A stretch of 61,470 bases of DNA, taken from a virus (Duplodnaviria > Caudoviricetes). The notes below the pieces were generated by a model. It was not told the DNA's origin and did no database searches. It saw only the letters and a list, made by a program, of their open reading frames with translations. Position 1 is the stretch's first letter; each line of letters opens with the position of its first letter. Below are positions 1 through 9,673 of the stretch, one piece after another. A program made the translations under genes and the position numbers. The stretch lies in IMG/VR virus record IMGVR_UViG_3300034200_001057, positions 1-61,470 of that record; one strand, given 5' to 3'.

Positions 1-135
1 CACGTACCCAGAACCTTAAACTTTAGAGCATCGAGTATTCCGACCGAGACACCAGAGGCAAAATCAGTCCCGTACCGAACCTCATAACTCTTAATTGCAA
101 ACGAGCCCGACGCTGCCGACCATGACAACAAAACC
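1..135. repeat. Terminal direct repeat, left copy (circular-assembly overlap)
   Basis: 1-135 is identical to 61336-61470 except one base (C9 vs T61344). Confidence 0.95.
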
Positions 136-2288
136 CCATCACCATCAATGGCACTACTTACTGATGGGGTTGACGGAGTAGTAACAGTCACGTCTGCAAA
201 AACACTATTACTCGAATAGTTTACCGAAGTGTCCACGGCTCGAACAAAAAATCGGTATGTACCCGATGTTCTAGGCTCATAATAGAATGGCGACGAGCGA
301 ACACCAGCAATAAAAGTGGATGTAAGAATGTCGCCGCCTGGTGTCGTCGATAGCCGAATTTCGTATTCTCGTACGTCAAGATCGACAACGGGGGTCCACG
401 AAACCCTGATGCCATACTCCTGTAACGTTGCTGTAACTCCTGTTGGATTACTCGGTGGAGCTGTTTTGCCGACTATCGTATGCCCCGTTACAGTAACCCA
501 GTTTCCAGTCTGCCCCATTGCCGAGACCGCTCTGATTCTTACGTCGTAGCTTTGCCCGTCGTGAACATCGAGGATGTAGGTATTCGTGCTTAGTCCCGGA
601 ACGCTTGAAGAATTGAGCCATGTAGCATCCGCGCTCTTTTTGTACTGAATCTCGTACCGTCCGCCGTTAGTTACGAACGCATCGATGCTTGCCGTCCACG
701 AAACATAGAGCCGAGCAAAAATAGTTCCATCTTGCCTAATGTAGAGATGCGACGTACCCGAGGCAAGAGTCAGTGCGGTAGGGTCTGATACGGTAAACGG
801 ATTAGGAAGGTCTGTGTTTGGCGCAAGGTCGAAGGTAGTTTCGTTCCCTGTGTTCCAAGCGTATACGCCCGATGACGTCTCCTGTAGAGCAAGCTTTACC
901 GCAAAGTATGGATTCCCTGTTGGGTCTTGTTCGATAATAAGAGCCGAACGAATGACCTCAAATACTTTTGAGGACCATCCGAATCGAGCGTAAGTGAGCG
1001 TTACCCACTCCCCTGGTTCTGCCTGGTACGCATCCATTCTTGCGGTAAACTCAACGATGATCCCCTGCCTAATTGACTCAAGCTCAATCTTCGCGAGCCT
1101 CTGCGCTGCCGATGCCGAGGTAGTCATCGTATAGGTTAGGTCCTCGTATATTCGCGTTCCGCCGTCCTCCGTTTGGTACGTAGCATTTGCAACCACGGGG
1201 AAATCTGATTCTTCGTAGTTGTTAAGGTTGGAAATAAAGTTACCGCGTACGGCGTTGAATGAATCGATTCGCGGTGTCTTAGTAACCACCTCAATGTCAC
1301 TAAGAATCATGTCGGCTGTAATATTGAGAACTGTAGACGCTCTCGCCTTACCTGCCCAAAGACTGAACTTTCCCTCTGTGTAAGGAAGCCGGCCATGCAT
1401 CGCACCAACCATCTCCTCGATGATACTTCCTGGAGATTGATCAGCATTAAAATGCGTGTTTATAAGGTACCTAAACTCAGTACCACCGCCAGCGAGTGAG
1501 ATTGCATCTTCGCAGTCGCTTACTGCCTGATTTAGCCTAGTAGAATTAAACTCGCCGGATGTTGCCCCGAGGCCCCATCTTGCGTTGAGCATGTAATCAT
1601 AGAGAACCATCGCGGCATTTGCTGCACCTGGTGCATTAGTGGACGTTCTTGGATCGGTGACGCTGTACTTACCCGAAACTAGAAACGAAATATCAGGCGT
1701 TCCATCTTTGAATACAGTCTCATTCCATTTCAATCGGAAGTACACATGAGCATGTCCTCGTTGCCTATGGTCTGAAGTCCATTTTGTTGGAACATCGGCA
1801 ACCGCCTCGCTTAATGCCGACTGAGAATCAGATCCGTAATTGATCTGCATCTTGACAAGACCGTCGAAGATACCATCGGCTTGAACTACTCCAGTCGGTC
1901 GCGTGGATAGTGCCGTTTTCCACGGTACTTCAATACCGTTGAAAAACACCTTTCGGATTAGGTTTATTTCATGCGCCGCAATCGTAACGACGAGATGAAG
2001 GTAAAGGTCCTTTTGGTCAACCGGCCCCGAGGTGTGAATGAATGTAATCGCTCCACCAGTAACCACATCCCCGTAGATAATCTTCCACGGAGTATTTGGA
2101 TCAACTGATGCCTCCTCTCTGCCGCGAAGATAACGGTTGATCGCTCTTCGCTTTCGCATCTTTGCGATACGTTGCTGAAGGTTTTTATTATTTCTTGGTA
2201 AGTTATGCTTAGTAAGGTATTCCCTCGCGGCCTTTCGTTCTTCCGCAGTGATAGGGCCAAGCGTAAGCCAATAGTTTTGGTTAGCCAT
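1..2288 (-). CDS. Tail tip / central tail fibre (gpJ-like host-specificity protein), N-terminal part; continues across the junction into 61335-59469 (about 1384 aa in total)
   Basis: ATG at 2288 (MANQNYWLTLGP...PWKIIYGDVVTGG...LYLHLVVTIAAHEI) overlaps the upstream stop. It is in frame with ORF 59469..61466 (2288-131 = 719 codons) and is presumably missing from the ORF track because it runs off the edge. Confidence 0.85.
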   Translation of the reverse strand, partial: MANQNYWLTLGPITAEERKAAREYLTKHNLPRNNKNLQQRIAKMRKRRAINRYLRGREEASVDPNTPWKIIYGDVVTGGAITFIHTSGPVDQKDLYLHLVVTIAAHEINLIRKVFFNGIEVPWKTALSTRPTGVVQADGIFDGLVKMQINYGSDSQSALSEAVADVPTKWTSDHRQRGHAHVYFRLKWNETVFKDGTPDISFLVSGKYSVTDPRTSTNAPGAANAAMVLYDYMLNARWGLGATSGEFNSTRLNQAVSDCEDAISLAGGGTEFRYLINTHFNADQSPGSIIEEMVGAMHGRLPYTEGKFSLWAGKARASTVLNITADMILSDIEVVTKTPRIDSFNAVRGNFISNLNNYEESDFPVVANATYQTEDGGTRIYEDLTYTMTTSASAAQRLAKIELESIRQGIIVEFTARMDAYQAEPGEWVTLTYARFGWSSKVFEVIRSALIIEQDPTGNPYFAVKLALQETSSGVYAWNTGNETTFDLAPNTDLPNPFTVSDPTALTLASGTSHLYIRQDGTIFARLYVSWTASIDAFVTNGGRYEIQYKKSADATWLNSSSVPGLSTNTYILDVHDGQSYDVRIRAVSAMGQTGNWVTVTGHTIVGKTAPPSNPTGVTATLQEYGIRVSWTPVVDLDVREYEIRLSTTPGGDILTSTFIAGVRSSPFYYEPRTSGTYRFFVRAVDTSVNYSSNSVFADVTVTTPSTPSVSSAIDGDGVLLSWSAASGSFAIKSYEVRYGTDFASGVSVGILDALKFKVLGT

Positions 2289-2913
2289 TAGTCCTCTTTT
2301 GACTTCCCCTAGTCCCGCCGTTCTGCCGCTTGTTGTCCTTCTTCTGCTTTTCTTTCTTGCCTCCCCATTGGCCGCTCCAATTGCTTGCAGCTACCACGTA
2401 CTCGAAACCTCTATCACCAGAGAAAAGAGCTTGCTGAGAATCGTGCGTCCATCTTCCTTCTCTTGGCCGGTCCATGTCTACTAGCCTTGATTCGTAGTTA
2501 AGGCGAGCCGTGGTTTGGTCTGCGCTTTCTGTGATTTCAGCATGAGAGTATCCGCCCTGCCACCAGAGATATGGATCGGCAATCACTACGTTATCAATAT
2601 TCACGTATCCGATGTAGAGCTTCCCCGTTGCCCCTTGCTTTTGGTCGCCTAGTACGAGCGAAATAACCGAAGCAGGAATACCGGATAGGTTGACCGTCAT
2701 CGAAAGAGCCTCAACCTCAATCGACTCATCGCCTTGCTCGATGCCTTGAAGCCATCCGTTCCCTAGCCACGTTTGAGAGCTCCAGGAAAGGCTACCGTAT
2801 CCGTTCCAGATTCTTAGGGTGCTCGTAGCAAACACTCCCTCAAAAAGAATGATGGGTCGATTGCTTGACGCTGTAGCTTGTGCGATGAATCCAGCGGTTA
2901 AATTACGTGGCAC
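2281..2913 (-). CDS. Minor tail / baseplate hub protein
   Basis: Lies between the distal tail and tip genes; motifs WNGYGSLSW and QQALFSGDRGFEYV are typical of siphophage minor tail proteins. Confidence 0.7.
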   Translation of the reverse strand: MPRNLTAGFIAQATASSNRPIILFEGVFATSTLRIWNGYGSLSWSSQTWLGNGWLQGIEQGDESIEVEALSMTVNLSGIPASVISLVLGDQKQGATGKLYIGYVNIDNVVIADPYLWWQGGYSHAEITESADQTTARLNYESRLVDMDRPREGRWTHDSQQALFSGDRGFEYVVAASNWSGQWGGKKEKQKKDNKRQNGGTRGSQKRTNG

Positions 2914-2915
2914 AC

Positions 2916-3527
2916 CTAGATCGCCTCCACCGCTGAAAACGAAATAGAGTAAACAAGCTCTCTATCAATCTCGTTAAGGCGAACCTCTGAATCGGCAAGC
3001 CGAAAGAGGCCGACGCAGTTACTTGTGATGATCGGGGTATCAATCACCGATGCCTCTCGAAGCCTAGGCCATATCTCAATATTGACGTTACCGAGCCCAT
3101 CTGAGGTTGCATCAACAAGCACTTTATAGAGTCGCTGCCCAATCTGAATATAGTCGCCAGCTCTTAAAACGGCAGAACTAAAGGACCACCCTTTTGTTGA
3201 TAGAGTGTTCCCCGTTTGCCCGTTAGCTTGACACAGTGGCGTTCCTGCCACGGTCCCGCGTGCGGTCTTACCTAACGGGTCACCCATGAGAAACGTTCCC
3301 TTAGGCCCCATTAGAGCCGTTAGAAAGGCAATCCATGGTTCTGCTTTGCTCCTCGCTACGGCAAGCCCTACGCTTACCTCTGCCGCCCATAGCTGCCCCT
3401 GGTGCTCTTGTGTTTGAGTCGCGAAGGTAAAGGGGCTCCTAAGTAACCCAACGGCGTTAAAAGAGGTAAGAGCGAATCGCTCAATACCTATCGTTGAAGG
3501 AAGAGTTAGTGGGTATGAGATACTCAT
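2916..3527 (-). CDS. Distal tail protein-like
   Basis: Directly after the tape measure gene; SPFTFATQ...GQLW...WIAFL..LMG pattern. Confidence 0.65.
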   Translation of the reverse strand: MSISYPLTLPSTIGIERFALTSFNAVGLLRSPFTFATQTQEHQGQLWAAEVSVGLAVARSKAEPWIAFLTALMGPKGTFLMGDPLGKTARGTVAGTPLCQANGQTGNTLSTKGWSFSSAVLRAGDYIQIGQRLYKVLVDATSDGLGNVNIEIWPRLREASVIDTPIITSNCVGLFRLADSEVRLNEIDRELVYSISFSAVEAI

Positions 3528-6500
3528 GTAGTCCTCCGTGACCTACTAGCAGAGCGACTAATCGAGTCAAGCACCCGCCTTTCTGAGTTCCTAAGTGCCG
3601 ACCGAATAGACTTCTCCACGCCAGGTGCAGCCCCTCGAGCGTCGATATGGATTGAATACCCACCGCCCCCGTGACCGTTTGCCGCAATATTACCAAACAT
3701 CGCAACGCCTAGCTTGCCGTTTTTTCGAGTAAGAGGAAGTACCGCTTCTGGTCCCGCCTCGCCCATAAGTGCCCGAGTAGGGCCAGTGAGAATTCCGCCC
3801 TTTGCCATCGTTACGTCAGTTTCAAGCTCATCAACCGGATCGGATGGAGCTTTACCACCCTGAGCCTTCGTGTTTGCGTTTAACGCTCGTGTGTTCGCAT
3901 CAGTACTAGCCGTATTCGAAGAGATTGAGTCGCCAATCTTCTTTCCAGTATCGGTAAACTTAACGCCAAGGGCTTGCATGTCGGCAACGATACCGCCGGC
4001 AGTTCTATCCGAGAGCTGCATGAGCTCCCCGATGCTTGTCACTCCTCTTTGCTGAAGTGCCTTGAAGAATGCATCCACTGTTGCAGGGTCGAAGGTCTTG
4101 AGTAATTCAACTCGCAGTTGCTCGAAGTTCTTTATGCCGGCTTCAGCCGCTTCAACGGCAATGTCTCGAATAGACTGCACCGCTTCGAATCCGCGAGCAC
4201 CAGAGCCAAGAAGATTATCCATTGCTTGACCGAACGCTCCGACCGCAGCGAGGCCAGGTTTGAACGCCTCCGCAACGCCTTGAATATCCGATTCAATCTC
4301 TAGCCAGGTTCTCTCTCCCTTTAGTCCTGTTTCAACAAGCTGCTTTTCAATCTCTTCAAAGGAAAGTCCCAATCTTTTTACGAGCATCCTCGCATTGTCG
4401 ATATTGAACTTTAAGTTCTCACCAAGTAAGAATCCAATTTGGGCACCAACGTCCTCAGTGATTCCGAGGATTTCTTTAAACGCCTCACCCAATCCCGAGA
4501 AGGTTCTACTAACCTCTTTCGTTTGGCTGTTAAGAGTATCAGCCCACTTTCCATCGTTGAATCGGCCCGATGAGCCTTCCATGAAGTTCGTAAGCCGACT
4601 ACTCCCTCCATTGCCATCACGTACCGTTAAGCCGCCCATCTCCCGAAGGCGATCTTCCATGTAGTTTGCGAACGAGTGCCGTGATTGGGTTTCTCTGTTT
4701 TGGGGGCCGCGACCAAACATGCCGCCAATAGCCTTTCCAATTTCTGCACCAAACTGACCGCCAAGAACAATTTGACCTAAGGCAGCACCAGTTCCCGACG
4801 CGTTATTGTTCTCAGCATCAATTTCTCTAGCACCGCGAAGAGATTGGAAAATCTGAAAGGCAACTTGCGCACCTTGCTGAATTGCAGCGAGCGTAGCGCC
4901 ACCACTGCCGGTCGATCCACCAAATGACCCATTCTCTAATCCTGGACCCTGTATACCGGCTCCATGAGCATCTGCCGTCGAGAGATTGGAGCCAAGGAAA
5001 TCTAGAAGTCCACCACCATTACCACTACCCCCACCGCTTCCAAACAATCCGCCGAGGGCTTCACCAATATCATCTGCAAATCCTGCTGCAATCTGTGCGA
5101 ATATTGGCGAGAGACCAAGAATGGAGCCACTAAAAAGATCTTCGAATGTCGCTACCCAGGATTCTGATTGTGCCTTTCGTGCCTGAAACTCAGCGTCGAT
5201 GGCCTGAGCGTTTAGCCGCATCTGCTCGTCGTTGTACTCTTCTAGTGCTTTGAGGCGCTCTTTTCCCTCATTATCCGCAGCTTTCGAAGCTCCCTTTTCT
5301 TTCTCCTCACCGAGTCGCTTCTCAAAGTTGATTGCGTTGCGTTGTGCCTTGTTGTCGTTCCATCCAAGTGGTTTGTTTAATGGAAATGGCGCTCCTGGAT
5401 TACTTGCCATCAGTTGATCTTTTTCGATTAGATCAATTGCAACTTTTAGGTCATTTTGCTTTTGCTTTATGGCCTCTCTGAGTGACTGGATTTCTTTATT
5501 TGTATCACCAGCGATATTAGTATTGAGTTTACTATCGAGCCATCTTGCAGCCGGGCTGTTTATTCCCCTACTTCCCTGAAGCTCTAAAACTTTTATCTGT
5601 CCCTCAAGAGCGGTGATCTCTTGTTGTAACTTCCCTCCGTAGTTGTTGTAGATATCCTTTGTAGTTCCATTTCCTGTAGCCAAGCGAATAACTTGAGCGA
5701 TTTGTGAGATCTTATCGGCAACCGATTGCAAGTTTGGCAACGCTGAAGCGATAGTGCTTATCATCGATGCAACATCATTACCGACCGACACCCAGTCGAT
5801 TTTCTTTATTTCGTTTGCTAGATCGTTGTAGACTCTTGCTAAATCTTGATTATCATTAATCGCAATCGCTATTTGTCCGCGAGCTTCTTCAATCGCCGCT
5901 GCAAATGCCTCTTGTCCTTGAGTGACCGACTCGCCAAGCTCCCCCATCTCAGCAATACGAGTGGTAAGCTGCTCAAACGCAAGTGCCGAATTTTCTGCCT
6001 TAGAACCGGCTTCTCCTAACTCAAATCCGAACTTCTTTAGGGCCTCCGCCTTACCCGAACCTATAGCTTCGATAAGTTGATTAAGAACAGGTACCGTATC
6101 CTGTCCAGTAGCGTCAGCAAATTGATTTGCGTACTTTGCAAGGTCGGCAAACTTCTCATTGAGGTTAGGAATACCGCGAAGCATTCCTTCGTTCGCTGCT
6201 TGCATGAGGTCGAACGCATTGACCGTGCCGAGGACTGCCTCTTGAGCTTTCTTGATTGCTCCAGAACTACCGCCTAGAGCCTTAAAATTGTCCGCTATTG
6301 CGCCGAGCTTGTCGCCCTCGCCGGCAAGGTTCCCAATGGCTTTAGAGATGTTGAGTATCTCGCGAGATACACCCTTTGCAAGCTCCTGCCCGAACCCCTC
6401 AAAGAACCCCCGCATTACCGAACCAAAGCCGGACGTTGCCTTCTTTAGAACGCCCTGAGCCTGATCCATATCGCGCTGAAGGTTTGCAATGTTTGCGCGT

Positions 6501-6538
6501 ATATCAATCAGGAGATTGTACATCCCCTTGTCAGCCAT
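3524..6538 (-). CDS. Tape measure protein
   Basis: 1004 aa, Ala/Gly-rich helical; N-terminal LLIDIRAN; C-terminal MAKGG...MGEAGPEAVLPL motif; follows the tail chaperones. Confidence 0.92.
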   Translation of the reverse strand: MADKGMYNLLIDIRANIANLQRDMDQAQGVLKKATSGFGSVMRGFFEGFGQELAKGVSREILNISKAIGNLAGEGDKLGAIADNFKALGGSSGAIKKAQEAVLGTVNAFDLMQAANEGMLRGIPNLNEKFADLAKYANQFADATGQDTVPVLNQLIEAIGSGKAEALKKFGFELGEAGSKAENSALAFEQLTTRIAEMGELGESVTQGQEAFAAAIEEARGQIAIAINDNQDLARVYNDLANEIKKIDWVSVGNDVASMISTIASALPNLQSVADKISQIAQVIRLATGNGTTKDIYNNYGGKLQQEITALEGQIKVLELQGSRGINSPAARWLDSKLNTNIAGDTNKEIQSLREAIKQKQNDLKVAIDLIEKDQLMASNPGAPFPLNKPLGWNDNKAQRNAINFEKRLGEEKEKGASKAADNEGKERLKALEEYNDEQMRLNAQAIDAEFQARKAQSESWVATFEDLFSGSILGLSPIFAQIAAGFADDIGEALGGLFGSGGGSGNGGGLLDFLGSNLSTADAHGAGIQGPGLENGSFGGSTGSGGATLAAIQQGAQVAFQIFQSLRGAREIDAENNNASGTGAALGQIVLGGQFGAEIGKAIGGMFGRGPQNRETQSRHSFANYMEDRLREMGGLTVRDGNGGSSRLTNFMEGSSGRFNDGKWADTLNSQTKEVSRTFSGLGEAFKEILGITEDVGAQIGFLLGENLKFNIDNARMLVKRLGLSFEEIEKQLVETGLKGERTWLEIESDIQGVAEAFKPGLAAVGAFGQAMDNLLGSGARGFEAVQSIRDIAVEAAEAGIKNFEQLRVELLKTFDPATVDAFFKALQQRGVTSIGELMQLSDRTAGGIVADMQALGVKFTDTGKKIGDSISSNTASTDANTRALNANTKAQGGKAPSDPVDELETDVTMAKGGILTGPTRALMGEAGPEAVLPLTRKNGKLGVAMFGNIAANGHGGGGYSIHIDARGAAPGVEKSIRSALRNSERRVLDSISRSASRSRRTT

Positions 6539-6863
6539 TTTCCTCCGAAGGTGGTGGTGGAGCTTGCGGGAAGCATGACTTGAGAAGGGCGATCATTTCT
6601 TCCGCTGATTGCTCTTCGTTTTCTACTTCCTCATCTCCATAATCAGGCATGAACTGCTTAGGTGTAAACGGGGGATCGTCCTTACCCCTTGAAGTATTTG
6701 CAATTACCGACGAGATTATGGCCGCTCTAAAGTCAAGCCGCATATTGTCCTGGTCGTACCGCTCCGATAGCGCAGAGAATTGGGCAGGGGTTAGCTCCCA
6801 GAACTGCTCATCAGTCAGCCCAAAATCATAAACACCGATAGACCAGAGCGTTAGCCAGTCCAT
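6531..6863 (-). CDS. Tail assembly chaperone, C-terminal (gpT-like) frameshift extension
   Basis: FGLTDEQFWELTPAQF motif; lies in the -1 frame relative to the upstream chaperone. Confidence 0.8.
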   Translation of the reverse strand: MDWLTLWSIGVYDFGLTDEQFWELTPAQFSALSERYDQDNMRLDFRAAIISSVIANTSRGKDDPPFTPKQFMPDYGDEEVENEEQSAEEMIALLKSCFPQAPPPPSEENG

Positions 6864-6898
6864 CTCGTCGTCGTTTGATTGCTCTTTGCCGCCTTTTT

Positions 6899-7231
6899 TT
6901 ACTCGGCGGCCACGTCGTTTTTTATTTTTTCGGGGAGCTCTGCCTTCTTGAACATGTCTCGAACGAGCTGTTGAACATCACCGAGATGTTGACCAGTCAT
7001 AAGGTCCGCAACATCATCGATTGACTTGCCGCTCTTCTCTCCACCGATTGCCGCCCATACGAGAGTGACGAGATCGGTAGCAGAGGCATTTACCCAAAGC
7101 ATTGGATCGAGTCCGTTCTTGCCGGATGCCTTTTCAAAGCGAACAAAAAGAGAGAACGAGGGAACGAGCTTAAACTTATCCTCACCCAAGACAAGAAACG
7201 TCTCAGGTAGGGCGTGTTGTGCGTTATCCAT
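6899..7231 (-). CDS. Tail assembly chaperone (gpG-like)
   Basis: Between the major tail and tape measure genes; ends ...KIKNDVAAE over a slippery site. Confidence 0.8.
   Translation of the reverse strand: MDNAQHALPETFLVLGEDKFKLVPSFSLFVRFEKASGKNGLDPMLWVNASATDLVTLVWAAIGGEKSGKSIDDVADLMTGQHLGDVQQLVRDMFKKAELPEKIKNDVAAE
6917..6923 (-). other. Programmed -1 ribosomal frameshift heptamer A-AAA-AAC
   Basis: In-frame X-XXY-YYZ heptamer; the -1 frame is open (KKRRGRRVKKGGKEQSNDDE) into the ATG at 6863. Confidence 0.8.
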
Positions 7232-7240
7232 AAACTCCTA

Positions 7241-7669
7241 TTATGTCCAGGTCGGCCAGCCAGTGACCTTAATTGTTACGTTCGCAGATACCGCCTGTTC
7301 AAGCTCGGCAGATATCTCGAACCCAGTAACAATACCAGAAAATGCGAGAATAACCGTAGGACTAAATTGAAATTCAAGCCTAAAAGCTGTGGTTATTCCA
7401 TTATAGAGGTCAGTCACAAGAAGCTGATGACCAGTGCCACCGCCATTAGGAATATAGTTCACAGTGAATGAGAGTGTTCCTGCATCGCGAAGCGTTGCAA
7501 CGAACTCACGAACACCAGCGGAATCAAAGGAAGTTACCTCAGTGATTCCACCTGCGAGCCCAGGACCACGCACCCCTTTTACTTCTGCGATTGTGTTAAA
7601 TGTTGTAGATCCGGGTGTGCTCTCTCTCTTGAGAACGCACTTCGATCCAGGTTTAGCTGATGTTGGCAT
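7241..7669 (-). CDS. Major tail tube protein, paralogue 1 (short)
   Basis: IAEVKGVRGPG...EVTSFDS...LRDAGTLSFTVNY...TIKVTG tail-tube pattern. Confidence 0.85.
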   Translation of the reverse strand: MPTSAKPGSKCVLKRESTPGSTTFNTIAEVKGVRGPGLAGGITEVTSFDSAGVREFVATLRDAGTLSFTVNYIPNGGGTGHQLLVTDLYNGITTAFRLEFQFSPTVILAFSGIVTGFEISAELEQAVSANVTIKVTGWPTWT

Positions 7670-7681
7670 TTATCCTCCGTG

Positions 7682-8446
7682 TTAGAACCAAGTAGGCCAT
7701 CCAGTGACTTTGATAGTGACATTCGCTGATACTGCTTGCTCTAATTCCGCAGATATCTCAAATCCAGTGACAATGCCAGAGAATGAGAGCTCTGTGCTAA
7801 AGGTGTCAGAGAACGTGAAGTTAAAATTACGAGTCAATCCGTCCTCTGCATCCTCAATAAGAAGCTGATGACCTGTGCCGGCTCCGTTTGGAATGTAGTT
7901 CACTGAGAATGAAACTGTTCCCGCATCGCGAAGTGTCGAAATAAACTCACGAATCCCAGCGGAATCAAAGGAGGTTACTTCAGTAATTCCACCAGCTAGA
8001 CCAGGTCCACGAAATCCGCGAACCTCTGCAACCGCCGTAAAGGTTTCACCGTCTACACCGCCTGAAAGAGATGCAGAACCAGCCGCAGCAATCGTGCCGG
8101 TTCCGTCTGATACTGCGCGAGCATCCCAGTTAGCAATGAAAGTCGCGTTTGCGTACAGAGCTGCGATAATCTGTGCAACGGTAGAGCTTGCACTGCCGCC
8201 GCCGTTAGTGGCGCTGTTGATTGTTACCGCTGAGGTGGTAACCGTTACCGAGAGAGGAGTATTGGTTCCAGAAACTACAATCGAACATGTCTTTGAGTTA
8301 CCGGCAGTACCAGGCGTACCCCAGTAAAGAATGAGCCCAGAAGAGCCCGACCCCATAGTGCGGGAAGCCCTCACGGCAAGCGTGCCTGAATCCGCGTTTC
8401 CTCTCTTAAGTACACACCGTGAGCCAGTGATTGATCCCGTTGGCAT
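7682..8446 (-). CDS. Major tail tube protein, paralogue 2 with a ~110-aa inserted domain
   Basis: C-terminal ~120 aa is closely similar to paralogue 1; Ser/Thr/Gly-rich insertion after CVLKRG. Confidence 0.85.
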   Translation of the reverse strand: MPTGSITGSRCVLKRGNADSGTLAVRASRTMGSGSSGLILYWGTPGTAGNSKTCSIVVSGTNTPLSVTVTTSAVTINSATNGGGSASSTVAQIIAALYANATFIANWDARAVSDGTGTIAAAGSASLSGGVDGETFTAVAEVRGFRGPGLAGGITEVTSFDSAGIREFISTLRDAGTVSFSVNYIPNGAGTGHQLLIEDAEDGLTRNFNFTFSDTFSTELSFSGIVTGFEISAELEQAVSANVTIKVTGWPTWF

Positions 8447-8470
8447 ATGCTCCTATAAGTTATCTTCAAA

Positions 8471-8860
8471 TCAGTAATACCAGAAACGAGCCGAGCACGA
8501 AACGTGGAAGGTTTCGGTATCCGACTCGTACAACTCAATAAAGCTCCACTCCAGTACGTTATCAATCCGAATATCGGAGTAGGTTCCCGAGTAGCCGTGT
8601 AGTGCAACCCTTACGCTTTCCGCAAGGTCTTGCGTTGCTTTCGCTGTCTTACCCCAACAGTCAATCGAAATGACGGGCATCTTTAGCCCAGAATACCCAG
8701 TGAAGCTTTCAACCTGGTCGCCGTAGGTAGTTTGGTAGGTAATAGCAGGTAGGACCGGATTATCAGGCATTCTAACGCGATAAATGCGCGTTCCTACGAC
8801 TGAGGAGACCGAAACGTCATTGGCTAGAATGTTGTAAATTGCGTCCTCTATCGTTGCCAT
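8471..8860 (-). CDS. Tail terminator / tail completion protein (DUF3168-like)
   Basis: IEDAIYNILAND..V..VVGTRIY...PAITY...IDCWG pattern; synteny. Confidence 0.8.
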   Translation of the reverse strand: MATIEDAIYNILANDVSVSSVVGTRIYRVRMPDNPVLPAITYQTTYGDQVESFTGYSGLKMPVISIDCWGKTAKATQDLAESVRVALHGYSGTYSDIRIDNVLEWSFIELYESDTETFHVSCSARFWYY

Positions 8861-9357
8861 TATTTCTTAGGGTTCATTATCTTATCTTGCGCTTTTTCAA
8901 TCTGCTTTCGTATCTCAGGAACCAGATTCTCTTTCACAACTTCAATGAGCCTATCCTTCGCCGCTTCGAACGTAGGGCCAACGAATGGCCGGGCTGGAAC
9001 GTGGCCGATTACCTCGCCCTTCCTCCCTTGCCCTTTTCTCCTTAGCATGTGCCCAAACTCGACGAACTTCGTATAGAAAACACCTTTTACGCCGGCATTA
9101 GCACCAACCTGATCCGCCCTTCCGCGCCGAGCTCTAAAGCCCTTCTTCATCGCACCCACGGGGTACTTTTCTGCGAACTTTCGACCCTTTGGATTACTGG
9201 TCCCGCCGACTGGAGCCGCTTTTTTTAGCTCAGGGACAATCTCCTGCGCTGCCCGAAACGTAGCGTTTCGCATCGCATTCTTCTGAAGATTCGGGCCTAG
9301 CTGCTTTAGTAGGTCAAGCAACCCATCGAGCCCCTGAATGAACTCATCATCTCGCAT
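8860..9357 (-). CDS. HK97 gp10-like neck protein
   Basis: IQGLDGL...FVEFG...PARPFVGPTFE motif. Confidence 0.85.
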   Translation of the reverse strand: MRDDEFIQGLDGLLDLLKQLGPNLQKNAMRNATFRAAQEIVPELKKAAPVGGTSNPKGRKFAEKYPVGAMKKGFRARRGRADQVGANAGVKGVFYTKFVEFGHMLRRKGQGRKGEVIGHVPARPFVGPTFEAAKDRLIEVVKENLVPEIRKQIEKAQDKIMNPKK

Positions 9358-9671
9358 TAGTAAACCGCCTCCGCCGTAATATCGAGCTCTTCCTTGTAGC
9401 CAATCTCGGCAAGTCCAGTAATTCTCCAGGTTAGGCCGTTATAAACAATCTGCATCTCAGGCCCTACGTCATCACGGTAGTAAATGCGGAAGTTGCTTAC
9501 CCGCATCGAGTGCTTTGCTTCAGTAGCGTACCGCTCATCCATCTTCATAGGCTTTTCGCTTGCCCATACCTTGCAGAGGTTGCGCCAGGTTGAATTAACG
9601 TCACCGTTATCGTTGACGGTGATTCGCTCCTGAATCGTTATGAATCGGTCCTTGCGCCCAGGGTTTTGCAT
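9357..9671 (-). CDS. Head closure / head-tail adaptor
   Basis: PGRKDRFITIQ...W...KVWA...FRIYYRDDV..EMQIVY pattern. Confidence 0.85.
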   Translation of the reverse strand: MQNPGRKDRFITIQERITVNDNGDVNSTWRNLCKVWASEKPMKMDERYATEAKHSMRVSNFRIYYRDDVGPEMQIVYNGLTWRITGLAEIGYKEELDITAEAVY

Positions 9672-9673
9672 GC

